Part shown: positions 38,001 to 46,603 of the stretch, in pieces
Layout: the number at the start of each line of letters is the position of its first letter
How positions within the stretch are numbered: the stretch's first letter is position 1
Assembly: GCA_963714085.1 (NCBI GenBank)
Contig: OY970229.1
Coordinates: 384,001-448,000 of the forward strand
From: an uncultured Candidatus Micrarchaeota archaeon
GTDB taxonomy: Archaea; Micrarchaeota; Micrarchaeia; Anstonellales; Bilamarchaeaceae
DNA: 64,000 nt
Reading direction: 5' to 3'
Notes under the pieces: model-generated
Told to the model about the DNA's origin: nothing
What the model saw: only the letters and a program-made list of their open reading frames with translations
The model's database searches: none
Position numbers and translations under genes: made by a program

Positions 38001-40448
38001 AAGGTAGATGTCAGGGAAATAGTCCATGCTGGCGATGGTATTGTTATAAACGGAGTTCTGGTTCGATTGGTCGATATAGACGCCTTCCAGGATGCCGTCG
38101 ATGCTGTTGTCGTGCAGGGCATTGTGGTTGGACGAGTAATAGACGTAGATTGGGCTGTTCGTGTAGTAGAAGCTGCTGTTGTATAGAGCATTGTTGCTCG
38201 ATGAATAGAGATGGACGCCCGAAAAGCTGTAGTTGAAGCTGTCGTTGCATATGACATTGTTGTTCGATGAAGCGAGGGATACGCAGGTGCCGCTGCTGTT
38301 GTCGAAGCTGCTGTTCGCGAATGTGTTGCTGTTGCTCGATGAGACGAGGGCACCGTAAGTGCTGTTACCGAAGCTGATGTTCGAGAAGGTGTTGTTGTTG
38401 CTCGATGATACGAGGTAAGAGTCGTAAGTGCTGTTCTCGATGCTGATGTTTGTCATGGTATTGTTGCTCGATGAGGAGAGGTAAATGCCGTAGGTGTTGT
38501 CATCTAGGATGAGGTTCGAGAGCGTGTTGTTGGCGCTGTAGGCGGAGCCGGGGTACCAGTAAACGGAAGTGAAATAGACGCCGTAGGTGTTGTTGTCGAT
38601 GACGCTGTCGGAGACATAATTGTTGTTCGAAGGGGCGAAGTAGATGCCGTACTGGTTGTTGCTGATGTTATTGCCGGAGAGGTTATTGTAGTTGCCGAAA
38701 AGCAGGTAGTAACCTGCAAAGATGCCATAGTGGTCGCCGCTGATGTTATTGCCATAGACGGATTCGCCTGTCTGGGCGTAGAGGTAGATACCGCTGTTGG
38801 TGTCGTTATCGACGGTGTTTCGACAGACTGTGCCGCCGCTTGCTGAAACGATCGAGATGCCATAGGCGTTGTCGCTGGCATTGTTATCATGCACGTAAAC
38901 GTTATTGCCGGCATAGGCAAATACGTAGATGCCGTAACTGTTGTTGGTGGCGCTATTGTTATAGACAGCGCTGTTTGGCGTAGAAATGTATATCCCGTAG
39001 GTGTTGTTGTAGGCGATGTTATTATCGATGGTCGCATTCTCGTAGCCGTACTCCCCAATCGAGAGTATGCCGCTTAGGCTGTTGCTCACGACGTTGTTAT
39101 AGATGCTGACGTTGTCCGAGTAATAAGAGTAGATGCTGTAATTGTTGGTGTTGCTCACACTATTATTATAGACGGCAACATTGGGCGCCGGTCCATTGTA
39201 GACGCCCACTTGGATGCCCATGTCGAAGGAGTTGTTGACATTGTTGCTGTAGATGCTGGCGTTAGTCCCGCTAACGAGGATGCCGTTGGGGGCGCAGCCA
39301 TCGACAGTGTTGTTATAGATCTGAACGTAGAGTAGGCCGTCGGAATAAGACTCGCTAGAAGCGGTTATGCCGTTGTTGGTATTGTAAGGACCCTGATTTC
39401 CGTCGTTAATGACGACATTGCTGTAGATGCTGCTCTTGTTTCCTATGAAATCGATTCCGTGGTCGCTCTGGTTAACTACGATATTGTCATAGATGCTGCT
39501 ATTGGAGCCTTGAAGGACGATGCCGTCATAGGAGTTGTTATAGACGTTATTGCCATAGACGCTGTTTCCAGACCCGGGCCCGAAGAACATGCCTCCGTAG
39601 TTCCCGTATATGTTATTGTTGGCAATGGTGTTGTTATTGGTAGTCGTGCTGAACCCGCCTCCGTAAATGCCGTAGTAGGTGCCGCCAGTGATGTTATTGC
39701 CCGTGATTGTGTTGTAGTTGTTGCCGTTGGCGCTGTTCGGAATATAAAAATCAATGCCGATGTCGCATTTGCTTAATATGTTGCCGGAGATAGTAGAGTT
39801 AGTCACGTTGTCCAGTTCGATGCCCCTGGGACTGTTGGTGGTAAGGTTAGCGACAGTATTGTTTGCTATAATCAAATTGCTTGAACCGTATAGATAAATG
39901 CCTACCTGGTAGGTGGTAGGCGCGGCAGGAGGGCCGGAGATTATGCAGTTCGTCAAAGTAACGTTAGTAGAAGTCTGGATAAAAATGCCGTCTGCGGGAT
40001 ATATGCCGGTGTTCTGGATGGTGTTGTTCGCGCAGTCCAAGGCAACATTGTTTGAAATGATTTTGACGCATGCGTAAGTAAAAATTATCGGTACGGCGTT
40101 CGGCGCGCCGATGGAGCTTATGTTCAGCACGTAGGAGCCTGGCAGGGTTATCACAGGGCAGTTGGTGTTCAGCACGATGGGACCTGGTGGGCCGCCGAGA
40201 GGGCTTTCTGCGGATGTTTGCGATGCGGTCCCGTTTTGCTGGCTCGCGGACTCGCCTTGGACGGATTGGTTCGAGGAGTCATTTGCAACAAGCGTGCCGT
40301 TATCGCCCGCGGACTGGTTATCCGGGGTCGCATTGAACGCGCTCCCGTTCTGGTCGGACTGGGCATGGCTCACTGTCATGTATGTGAACAATGATATAGT
40401 CAATACCAACAATAATACCGAAAATACTACATTCCCCCTTGGCCGCAT
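35094..40448 (-). CDS. Giant surface protein 3: beta-helix, NIDO-like insert, Cys-rich, TM anchor
   Basis: About 1784 aa; paralog of protein 2 with closely similar N-terminal signal region and C-terminal portion. Confidence 0.88.
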   Translation of the reverse strand: MRPRGNVVFSVLLLVLTISLFTYMTVSHAQSDQNGSAFNATPDNQSAGDNGTLVANDSSNQSVQGESASQQNGTASQTSAESPLGGPPGPIVLNTNCPVITLPGSYVLNISSIGAPNAVPIIFTYACVKIISNNVALDCANNTIQNTGIYPADGIFIQTSTNVTLTNCIISGPPAAPTTYQVGIYLYGSSNLIIANNTVANLTTNSPRGIELDNVTNSTISGNILSKCDIGIDFYIPNSANGNNYNTITGNNITGGTYYGIYGGGFSTTTNNNTIANNNIYGNYGGMFFGPGSGNSVYGNNVYNNSYDGIVLQGSNSSIYDNIVVNQSDHGIDFIGNKSSIYSNVVINDGNQGPYNTNNGITASSESYSDGLLYVQIYNNTVDGCAPNGILVSGTNASIYSNNVNNSFDMGIQVGVYNGPAPNVAVYNNSVSNTNNYSIYSYYSDNVSIYNNVVSNSLSGILSIGEYGYENATIDNNIAYNNTYGIYISTPNSAVYNNSATNNSYGIYVFAYAGNNVYVHDNNASDNAYGISIVSASGGTVCRNTVDNDTNSGIYLYAQTGESVYGNNISGDHYGIFAGYYLLFGNYNNLSGNNISNNQYGIYFAPSNNNYVSDSVIDNNTYGVYFTSVYWYPGSAYSANNTLSNLILDDNTYGIYLSSSSNNTMTNISIENSTYDSYLVSSSNNNTFSNISFGNSTYGALVSSSNSNTFANSSFDNSSGTCVSLASSNNNVICNDSFNYSFSGVHLYSSSNNALYNSSFYYTNSPIYVYYSSNHNALHDNSIDGILEGVYIDQSNQNSVYNNTIASMDYFPDIYLTSSNQNSVSNNSIVNNSGGGVDLESSNQNSIVDNDADNGYSGIILDSSNQNNVANNSADNYSGNYGISLYSSDQNAISGNSADYDYGGIYLQYSDQNNLSGNVADNSTWNGIMLYSSSQNALYNNSAMENNYFDLYVYPLSSSDCQNDIADTVGSASRPIYYSNGSVSWDSLDAAEIELCGADGSNVTNSVVNGSDTLYNDGFLEYYTDNSAINNTASSYNALGFGMLYDDNGVYSNDSAIANGYQGFYADALSASSLSNCTADDNAYHGFDMESSGPNSINGSSASGNPIGIYLYSAEGNNFSGFNASDNSVWAFSSYSGSTGNIVDNLTLGNDMVSFDSEDVNVQQSGPPQGYIGGSPSVEVDILSTEAINDKVTGISDGPSGSRDITSFGPTSNAYNGSIAYTPTPDAGATVASVPTDITPVSDISSPQTMYGDDALSSDITLPFNVTLFGRQNDHIAISTNGFVYLSNDIIASSDSSCCGQARMDSQTITQGSDFLVAGVWGDLVSDGVVSNITYGVAGTAPNRVYVISYDHNAEYDGVDTSGNDTFEIKLFENGSETSIATNAPDPSGLYDINRFVQSTSNSPDSFLFLNLSYTPADVASLNASTLFMARYDAAGWDVNSSDFSSPYGVDTSDGYVFANIIDFGSTFGILGGTPTTPQAPPPVYTPSSPPPVEIPLSLSLTRAPCPANQVTVTAYSGPGTKIRLLLTSPYEGLVDQQIAGSDGTATFQLSASGTYEADASQNGYLPGSETFTFTTCAIAPPPVPPPVTSSGCTSDDQCPLVDFCNLSIGACQPVTGVCGFAANHAWSSYRCCQDSDCPTANVCIAHACEPVDLTGDKEGLVGGQGKVHATVGGQAFVNATLEIILPGGPSFQTTTDANGDAVLPFAFHGNYTVNLLLAGSSVKSHIIAVALPPPAAQPPAPALVEQPPNYCWVLPLIIAMILAYLAYRKWRNGKNKRKPAQKA

Positions 40449-40566
40449 ACGCAATTTACGCGGCTAGCATTTAAAAAGAATTCCTTTTGCGTATGCCGAT
40501 TTACCGAAGATAATGCGATTGTTTCACCGAGGTGGTGGTTTTCCTCCGCTCCGCCACGCGTCGGGC

Positions 40567-42279
40567 TCACTTCTTCTCGTCTTCCCACAGTTTCTTGACT
40601 AGCTGGCGCAGCTCCTCGCGCTTGCGCTTGAACTCGTCCTCCTCGTCCCGCGTGAGCGCTATCTCCTGGGTGAGCTCGCTTGTCTTCTCGGCAGGGGCCG
40701 CGGCTGCCCCTCCGCCGGCCCGCAGCTCCAGCACGCCGGCCTGCCTGGAGAGCAGGGCGAGCTTCTTGTTAAGGTTCTCGGAGGTCTTGGACAGCGATTC
40801 GATGCTGTTTTTCACGCTTTCGAGCATCTGCCGCTTCTTCTCGATCTCGGCGGCTATTTTCATGACTTCCTCGACCTTCTCGTTGTCCATGTGCTCGGAC
40901 GCCTTCTCGGCCTGGGCCTCTATGTCCCGGGTGACGGCGCTGACATCCGACTTCATCTTCCTGAGCTCGGCGTCGAGCCCCTCCATCTCGCGCCTGTTGC
41001 GCTCGAGGGATGGCATCACCTTCTCGCGTATGGACTGGTATGTGAGGAACGTCTCCTTCTCCTCGGACAGCGCGGTGGAGAGCTCCTGGAGCTGCGCCGA
41101 GAGCTCGTCCATCCGCTCGGCCATCCGGTTGCCCAGGTCCTCGAATTCGGCTCCAACGGTCCCGGCGCCTCCGGCCACGTCGAGCAGCTTCTTCAGCGCC
41201 TTCGTGCGCTCGTCTATGCTTTTCTCCGACTTCTGCACCTTCTCCAGCTCCTGGACCAGGCCCTTCTGCGCCGGGAAGCGGTCCAGTATCTCTTTCGCCA
41301 CGTTCATGGAATCCGAGAAATGCTCCATGGTCTCCTTGTCCCTCTCGAGCCTGTCCGCGAGCTTCGTGCTCTTGGCCTTGAGCTCCTCGGCCTGGCCTGA
41401 GAGCGTGGAGATGTCCTGTTTCATGGAGGCGATCTTCTTGTCGTAGTCCTTCATGGACTCCCCGATGACCTTGAGCACGTCCTTGCCCTCCTGCAGCCCG
41501 GTGAGGTCCTGCCTCATGCGTGCGGACCGCTCCTTCGTGTCCTTGAATTCGGACATCAGCTCGTCGAGCTTGTCGCGGATGTCATCCATCCTGGGCATCT
41601 CGATCTCCTGGGGCCCTGTTTTCGCATAGCGGTCGGCCTTCAGTTTCAGGGACGAGAGGTCCTTCCTCATGCCCGCTAGCTCGGCCGAGAGCGCGTCCAG
41701 CCGATCGACGGTCTTCTTGGTCGGCCCCTTCTCCATGGTCTTGCCGATGCCCTCAATCTCGCGGCGCGAATCGTCGAGCTCCTTTGTGACGGAATCCAGC
41801 CGGGTCACCGCGTCGTCAAGCTTCTCCAGGTACTCGTCCAGCCTCGCCGTGCCTCCTGCCTTGGCCTTGTCAACGCCCTCGAGCTTCTTCTCCAGCTCGC
41901 TGAGCCTGGGGGAGAGCTTCGCGTAGAGCTCGTTGAAGGAATTGTTCAGCTCGTCCAGCCCCTGCGCCTGGGGCTGGGCCTCTTTCTTCAGCGCGGCGAT
42001 CTCTTCCTGGACATCGGTGCGCTTCTTGTAGAACTCCTCCTTCTCCGCGGCGACCTGCTGCTCGGTCGGGGCTACCCACACCAGGTATATCTTTGTGAGC
42101 CGGTACTCTATCCTGATTATGCCTTCCTCCTCGAGCGCCGCGCCCCAGTCCTCGATCGTGGTCTCTGGTATGTTCAGGACCGCTGCGGCTTCGGTGAGCT
42201 CGATGCGCCCCTTGTCCTTGACGAGCCGGACCAGGGCGTCGACTCCGGTTGTGATAAGCAGTTCATCGAACTCGACCAT
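40567..42279 (-). CDS. N-terminal winged-helix plus long coiled-coil protein
   Basis: TGVDALVRLVKDKGRIELTEAAAVLNIPETTIEDWGAALEEEGIIRIEY, then a heptad-rich K/E/L region. Confidence 0.8.
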   Translation of the reverse strand: MVEFDELLITTGVDALVRLVKDKGRIELTEAAAVLNIPETTIEDWGAALEEEGIIRIEYRLTKIYLVWVAPTEQQVAAEKEEFYKKRTDVQEEIAALKKEAQPQAQGLDELNNSFNELYAKLSPRLSELEKKLEGVDKAKAGGTARLDEYLEKLDDAVTRLDSVTKELDDSRREIEGIGKTMEKGPTKKTVDRLDALSAELAGMRKDLSSLKLKADRYAKTGPQEIEMPRMDDIRDKLDELMSEFKDTKERSARMRQDLTGLQEGKDVLKVIGESMKDYDKKIASMKQDISTLSGQAEELKAKSTKLADRLERDKETMEHFSDSMNVAKEILDRFPAQKGLVQELEKVQKSEKSIDERTKALKKLLDVAGGAGTVGAEFEDLGNRMAERMDELSAQLQELSTALSEEKETFLTYQSIREKVMPSLERNRREMEGLDAELRKMKSDVSAVTRDIEAQAEKASEHMDNEKVEEVMKIAAEIEKKRQMLESVKNSIESLSKTSENLNKKLALLSRQAGVLELRAGGGAAAAPAEKTSELTQEIALTRDEEDEFKRKREELRQLVKKLWEDEKK

Positions 42280-42371
42280 GGGCACAAATAACCCGAGTAG
42301 CTTTATTAATATTATGCCGAATGGTTATTGGTATTGGTAAGTCACAATCGAATGTCCGCCACTGTGATCGC

Positions 42372-43862
42372 ATGGCAAGCTCAGATTACAAGATAGAGAA
42401 GCTGGAGAAGGGCCCGCTCCAGCGCTTCAAGAACCAGAACCTGCTCCTCAAGAAATTCGGAGAGGTCGGCCTCCAGGTATACAAGGTCATAACCGGCAAG
42501 AGGACCGCTGCCGAACTGCGCAAGGACCTGGACATGGAGGACGCGAAGTTCAATGCCATACTCAAATACATGGAAGAAGCCGGGATGGTGAAGCTCGTCC
42601 CGCTCGGGGCGGAGGCCGGAGAGGAGGCGGCCCCTGAGGAAGCTCCTGAGGAGGAGGCGCCCAGTAAGCAGAAGGAGGAGCTCGCCCCGGAAGAGGAGAT
42701 AGCGCCGGAGGAGGAAGTTGAGGAAGCTCCGGCCAGGAAGAAGAAGCCTGCTCCCGAGGAGGAAGAGATCGCTCCCGAGATACAGCCGGAAGAGGAAGCC
42801 GAAGAAGCGCCGAAAAAGAAACCTGCTGTTGAAGAGGAGGAGATAGTCCCTGAGGAGATACAGCCCGAGGAAGTCCCTGAGGAAGCTCCGGCCAGGAAGA
42901 AGAAGCCTGCTCCCGAGGAGGAAGAGATCGCTCCCGAGATACAGCCGGAAGAGGAGGAAGCTCCGAAGAGGAAGCCGGCTGCGGAGGAGGCTCCGGAAGA
43001 AGCGCCTGCAGAGGAGGAGGGCGAGAAGGAGCTCGCTCCGGAAGAGATATCGTTCGGAGGGGAGGAGGCGCCTGAGAAAGCCGAGGAGGGCGAGGAGGAG
43101 AGCCCGGTCGAGAAGATAATACGCGACAAGTACGGCGACATCGGCGTACAGGTGTACACGCTCATAGACGGCCAACGGACAGCGGAGGAGATAATGGACG
43201 AGACGGGCCTGAGCGAGGCGAAGCTCGTGGAGATCCTGGATTTCCTGGACGAGCAGGGCATAATCAAGCTCGAGTACCCGAAGGGGAAGCCCGAGGCGAC
43301 CCCGGTTGCGGAGAAGACGAAGGAGGCCACCGAGGAGTTCGCGCCCATGATAGAGGGCGAGGAGGAGACGGAGAAGACTGCGGTGAAGGACACCTCGCCC
43401 GTCCTGCTCCCTGCCAAGTCCCAGGTGGCCATAACTAAATCCGTGCAGATGCGCGCCAAGACCATGCTGCGTTACGGGGACGCGGGGGACAAGATGCTCT
43501 CGGCCATAGACGGCAAGAAGGACGTCATAGACGTCGCGCTCCAGCTCAACCTGCCCCTGCCCAAGGTCATGGAGATGCTGAACTTCGCCAGGGACGAGGG
43601 GGGCATCAGCATCGTCCCGGTGGACAGGGCCGAGGTCCGCAAGAAGTACGGCGAGGACGGCTTCAGCATCTACAAGCGGTACGGCAAGGAGGGGCTCATG
43701 CTCTACGAGCTCATCGGAAAGGAGCTAACGATAAAGGAGATGGCCGAGCGCGTGACCACGGACAAGGCCAAAGTCGTGGACATGTTCCTGTTCATATACG
43801 AGGTGCTCGGCATAGAGATGCCCATAAACAAGGAGACGCTGATGAAGCAGCTGGGGCTCTGA
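42372..43862 (+). CDS. Acidic protein with four repeated winged-helix-like domains
   Basis: Repeated K/R-Y/F-G-x-x-G-x-x-hydrophobic-Y...IDG-x-RT units separated by an E/P/A-rich linker. Confidence 0.8.
   Translation: MASSDYKIEKLEKGPLQRFKNQNLLLKKFGEVGLQVYKVITGKRTAAELRKDLDMEDAKFNAILKYMEEAGMVKLVPLGAEAGEEAAPEEAPEEEAPSKQKEELAPEEEIAPEEEVEEAPARKKKPAPEEEEIAPEIQPEEEAEEAPKKKPAVEEEEIVPEEIQPEEVPEEAPARKKKPAPEEEEIAPEIQPEEEEAPKRKPAAEEAPEEAPAEEEGEKELAPEEISFGGEEAPEKAEEGEEESPVEKIIRDKYGDIGVQVYTLIDGQRTAEEIMDETGLSEAKLVEILDFLDEQGIIKLEYPKGKPEATPVAEKTKEATEEFAPMIEGEEETEKTAVKDTSPVLLPAKSQVAITKSVQMRAKTMLRYGDAGDKMLSAIDGKKDVIDVALQLNLPLPKVMEMLNFARDEGGISIVPVDRAEVRKKYGEDGFSIYKRYGKEGLMLYELIGKELTIKEMAERVTTDKAKVVDMFLFIYEVLGIEMPINKETLMKQLGL
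42720..42956. repeat. Intragenic direct repeat (about 75 bp, period 159 bp) encoding EEAPARKKKPAPEEEEIAPEIQPEEE
   Basis: Near-identical copies start near 42720 and 42879. Confidence 0.85.
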
Positions 43863-43909
43863 GTCCTGATTTTTCTAAACCTGAAATAAGCTCCCGGGAC
43901 GCCGGGGCA

Positions 43910-44575
43910 TCATTTGTGGTGTTGCCTCTCCTCGAGGGCCGCTGTCATCAGCGTTCTTATCGCAATGTCATCGGTATGGCTCTGCACGTATTCCAGGTTC
44001 TCGGTGCGCCTTTCCTGTTTCTCGAGTATCTTGGCCGCGCGGCGCCTTGCGTCAATGCTGCAGGTTGATTTTGCGGCGATATATGTGAGCGTGTTCAGAT
44101 GCTGTTCGTTCTCCAGCCTCTCCATGTTGTGCTCCAAGGATGTGTCCACCGCAGATGCTATGCGCGGCTCGGCATTCTTGGCCAGGAATAACAGTGTTGG
44201 CAGGTCGAAATCCCATATGGCGGTCGTGAGGTTGCTTTCAAGCGCCCTTTTTGCGCCTTCGTGCCCTCTTCGCACTGCCAGCTGAACGAGCATGGCCCTT
44301 GCTTCGTCCCGCTCGCCCGGGTCACGCCTCCCGAGACCTTTTATGGACTCGCCCACAAGGATGGACATTGCATCGACTGGCGCTTGCGTGGACGGGGTTC
44401 TGGGTTGTCTGGACCTGGCATCGGGCCGGTCCTGGCCCCCGATGCTTTGCGGGAATGCGCCCACGCGACGCAGCGCTTTTCTGATCCTGGACGCTACGTC
44501 AAGTAATCTGTCCGTCCTGCGCCTCCGCTGTGTAGGTGCCGCACTCAGTACTGCGAAATGCGCTAATTGATTCAT
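43910..44575 (-). CDS. Hypothetical protein, helical with basic N-terminus
   Basis: 221-aa ORF with its own AT-rich upstream region; possible HEAT-like helices. Confidence 0.6.
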   Translation of the reverse strand: MNQLAHFAVLSAAPTQRRRRTDRLLDVASRIRKALRRVGAFPQSIGGQDRPDARSRQPRTPSTQAPVDAMSILVGESIKGLGRRDPGERDEARAMLVQLAVRRGHEGAKRALESNLTTAIWDFDLPTLLFLAKNAEPRIASAVDTSLEHNMERLENEQHLNTLTYIAAKSTCSIDARRRAAKILEKQERRTENLEYVQSHTDDIAIRTLMTAALEERQHHK

Positions 44576-44661
44576 CTGTTCGCCTTTAGTACTTTAAACA
44601 ATAAAAATTTTTAAATCTGTCGGAATGTGGGCTCTCCCGGTTTGGAAGCCCCGGAGCGCGG

Positions 44662-45057
44662 CTAATTCCTTATCCTTGAGAGGGATATCGCCTCGAGCCG
44701 CAGCGGATCGCCGCGCCTTTGGAGCGGTTTCCTGACCTCTTCCGCATCGAGCGCTTCCAGGATTTTTCGTTTGCCCTCCCCGAACGACACTACGAGCAGC
44801 TCGCCGCCCTTTGGGGCGCTTTTGGCGATTGCGCTCTTTATGTCCGTCTTGCCCGTGAGCCAGAGCAGGAACTCGTACTTGAATCGGTTGGCGATGCACG
44901 CCTTCCTTCCAGAGCACCTCCGCGCCAGATGCTGCGCGAGCTCAAGCTCCTCTATGGATTGCGCGCAGGATGGCGCGAGCGCCAATGCGCCCAGCGGGCC
45001 GGAGCGGGCGATGATATCGGCGGCGGGGAGCCTGCTCCGTGCGAATAGGGCCAGCAT
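44662..45057 (-). CDS. cgi121: KEOPS subunit Cgi121-like protein
   Basis: ELELAQHLARR...IANRFKYEFLLWLTGKTDIKSAI pattern and C-terminal LEAISL, typical of Cgi121. Confidence 0.65.
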   Translation of the reverse strand: MLALFARSRLPAADIIARSGPLGALALAPSCAQSIEELELAQHLARRCSGRKACIANRFKYEFLLWLTGKTDIKSAIAKSAPKGGELLVVSFGEGKRKILEALDAEEVRKPLQRRGDPLRLEAISLSRIRN

Positions 45058-45116
45058 ACATGCTTTAAAAACTGTCCCATTATAAAAACATTCTGCTATT
45101 TACGAGGTGCATATTT

Positions 45117-45497
45117 ATGGAACAGTATCACAAGCCATCGAACAAGAAGGTGAGCTCCGGGACCGGAGGCAGGAGACGCGCGTTCAACGACAAGCGGCGC
45201 TGCCAAGTGGGCGGCGTGTTCACGGCGACCAAGGTCGGTAACGTGGACCTGTGCAGGACCAGAAGGACCAGGGGAGGGGACAGCTCGCTCAAGCTCAAGA
45301 AGGCGCTCACCATAAACGTCGTCACCAAGACCGGGTCGAAGAAGGGGAAGATCACGAAAGTGCTCGAGAGCCACAACCCGGAGCACGTGCGCATGAACAT
45401 AATCACGAAGGGCACGGTCGTCGAGACCGACCTCGGCAAGGTGAAGGTCACCAACCGCGTGGGCCAGGACGGCATCGTGAACGGAGTGCTAATCTGA
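45117..45497 (+). CDS. rps8e: 30S ribosomal protein S8e
   Basis: RTRGG, NIITKGTVVETDLGKVKVTNRVGQDGIVNGVLI. Confidence 0.96.
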   Translation: MEQYHKPSNKKVSSGTGGRRRAFNDKRRCQVGGVFTATKVGNVDLCRTRRTRGGDSSLKLKKALTINVVTKTGSKKGKITKVLESHNPEHVRMNIITKGTVVETDLGKVKVTNRVGQDGIVNGVLI

Positions 45498-45522
45498 TTT
45501 TTTCACTTTTCCTGGAAAAAAA

Positions 45523-45885
45523 TTACTCGGGAGTTTGTGCGGCGGCTGAGCAGATAGACAGGACTATCGCACTCACTTCGCTTGGCTCGGGCATGCTGCC
45601 TTCCACGACCAAGTCCACTTTTTTGTCCCCGCTTTTGAGCCTGCGTCCGAACGTGAATTGACATTCAGAGCATCTGTCGCCAGGGCCCAGTTCCGGGCGT
45701 ACGAGGCCGTTTATCTTTGCGACCAGCTCCTCCGCGTTTACGGCATCGACATTGGTCTGCCTGACGCCGCTGATACCCTCGGTCTCGACGCTCGCCACGA
45801 AGCGATGACCCCTGCCTGGTTGAAGCGTTCTTGTGGCATCTCGCCCGTTCATGGGCTCCTTAAACGCGCTTATGTGGACTCTCAT
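45523..45885 (-). CDS. Hypothetical protein
   Basis: 120-aa ORF with GGTGA RBS and an AT-rich TATA-like region upstream. Confidence 0.6.
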   Translation of the reverse strand: MRVHISAFKEPMNGRDATRTLQPGRGHRFVASVETEGISGVRQTNVDAVNAEELVAKINGLVRPELGPGDRCSECQFTFGRRLKSGDKKVDLVVEGSMPEPSEVSAIVLSICSAAAQTPE

Positions 45886-45948
45886 CTCACCGCCTCAGCA
45901 TTGTGTTTCTTATTTTATTATAATGGAGAAGGTTTTTAGTCCTGAGCA

Positions 45949-46599
45949 TCAAATCTTTTCCCCGAAGCGCATTATCCGCCTCATTATGAGGAAGCCGTCG
46001 AACCACGCGAGCGGCAGCCACAGGGGCGGGCCGAGCATCGCGACCGCATAGTGCCAGTTGCCCGAGAGGATGTTGATAGTCTCCATGGCGGTGGCGAGCG
46101 CCCCTGCGCAGATTCCAGCCGCGAGCTCCTCTTTCTTCAGATACCCCATCAAGAAGAAGCCGACAGTGACGACCACGAATCCGAGCAGCGTGAGCAGCTC
46201 ATTCGCGAAGACGAACCTGAGCAGCAACGTGCCCGCGAGAGCCGCGGTCAGCGCCTTCCAAGAGAAGCGCAGCCCCTCGGCCCCTGGAAACGCCTCGTCG
46301 AAAAGCAGGGCTGCCATGCCCCAGCCGACCGGAGCCCAGAGCGGGGCGGGAAGGTAGTGCGCATTGGAGTACGTCCATATGCCGAACGCCACCGCGATGT
46401 TCTCGCACGCGCCGCCCACAAGCGTGGCCAGGACGAAGCGCCTGACCTTCGCCCATCTCCCGTATGCGAGGTGTATGGCGCTGAATCCCAGCATCACCGC
46501 GAAGAGCAGCAGCTCGTTCCTGTAAAGCAGCGCCAGGAGGAACGTGCCGATTGCGAAGAATGCGAGCGCCACCGCGGGGCTGACCGTGCGATCCTCCAT
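45949..46599 (-). CDS. Integral membrane protein with internal duplication (DUF2878-like)
   Basis: Two repeats of E...GxWxY...PLWxPxxW; begins 4 bp downstream of metG. Confidence 0.7.
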   Translation of the reverse strand: MEDRTVSPAVALAFFAIGTFLLALLYRNELLLFAVMLGFSAIHLAYGRWAKVRRFVLATLVGGACENIAVAFGIWTYSNAHYLPAPLWAPVGWGMAALLFDEAFPGAEGLRFSWKALTAALAGTLLLRFVFANELLTLLGFVVVTVGFFLMGYLKKEELAAGICAGALATAMETINILSGNWHYAVAMLGPPLWLPLAWFDGFLIMRRIMRFGEKI

Positions 46600-46603
46600 G
46601 CCA

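Noticed and set aside
44627..44661. tRNA 3'-half-like sequence on the minus strand (possible att remnant)
   Set aside because: The T-arm does not pair canonically, and there is no 5' half or integrase. It is more simply a hairpin after cgi121.
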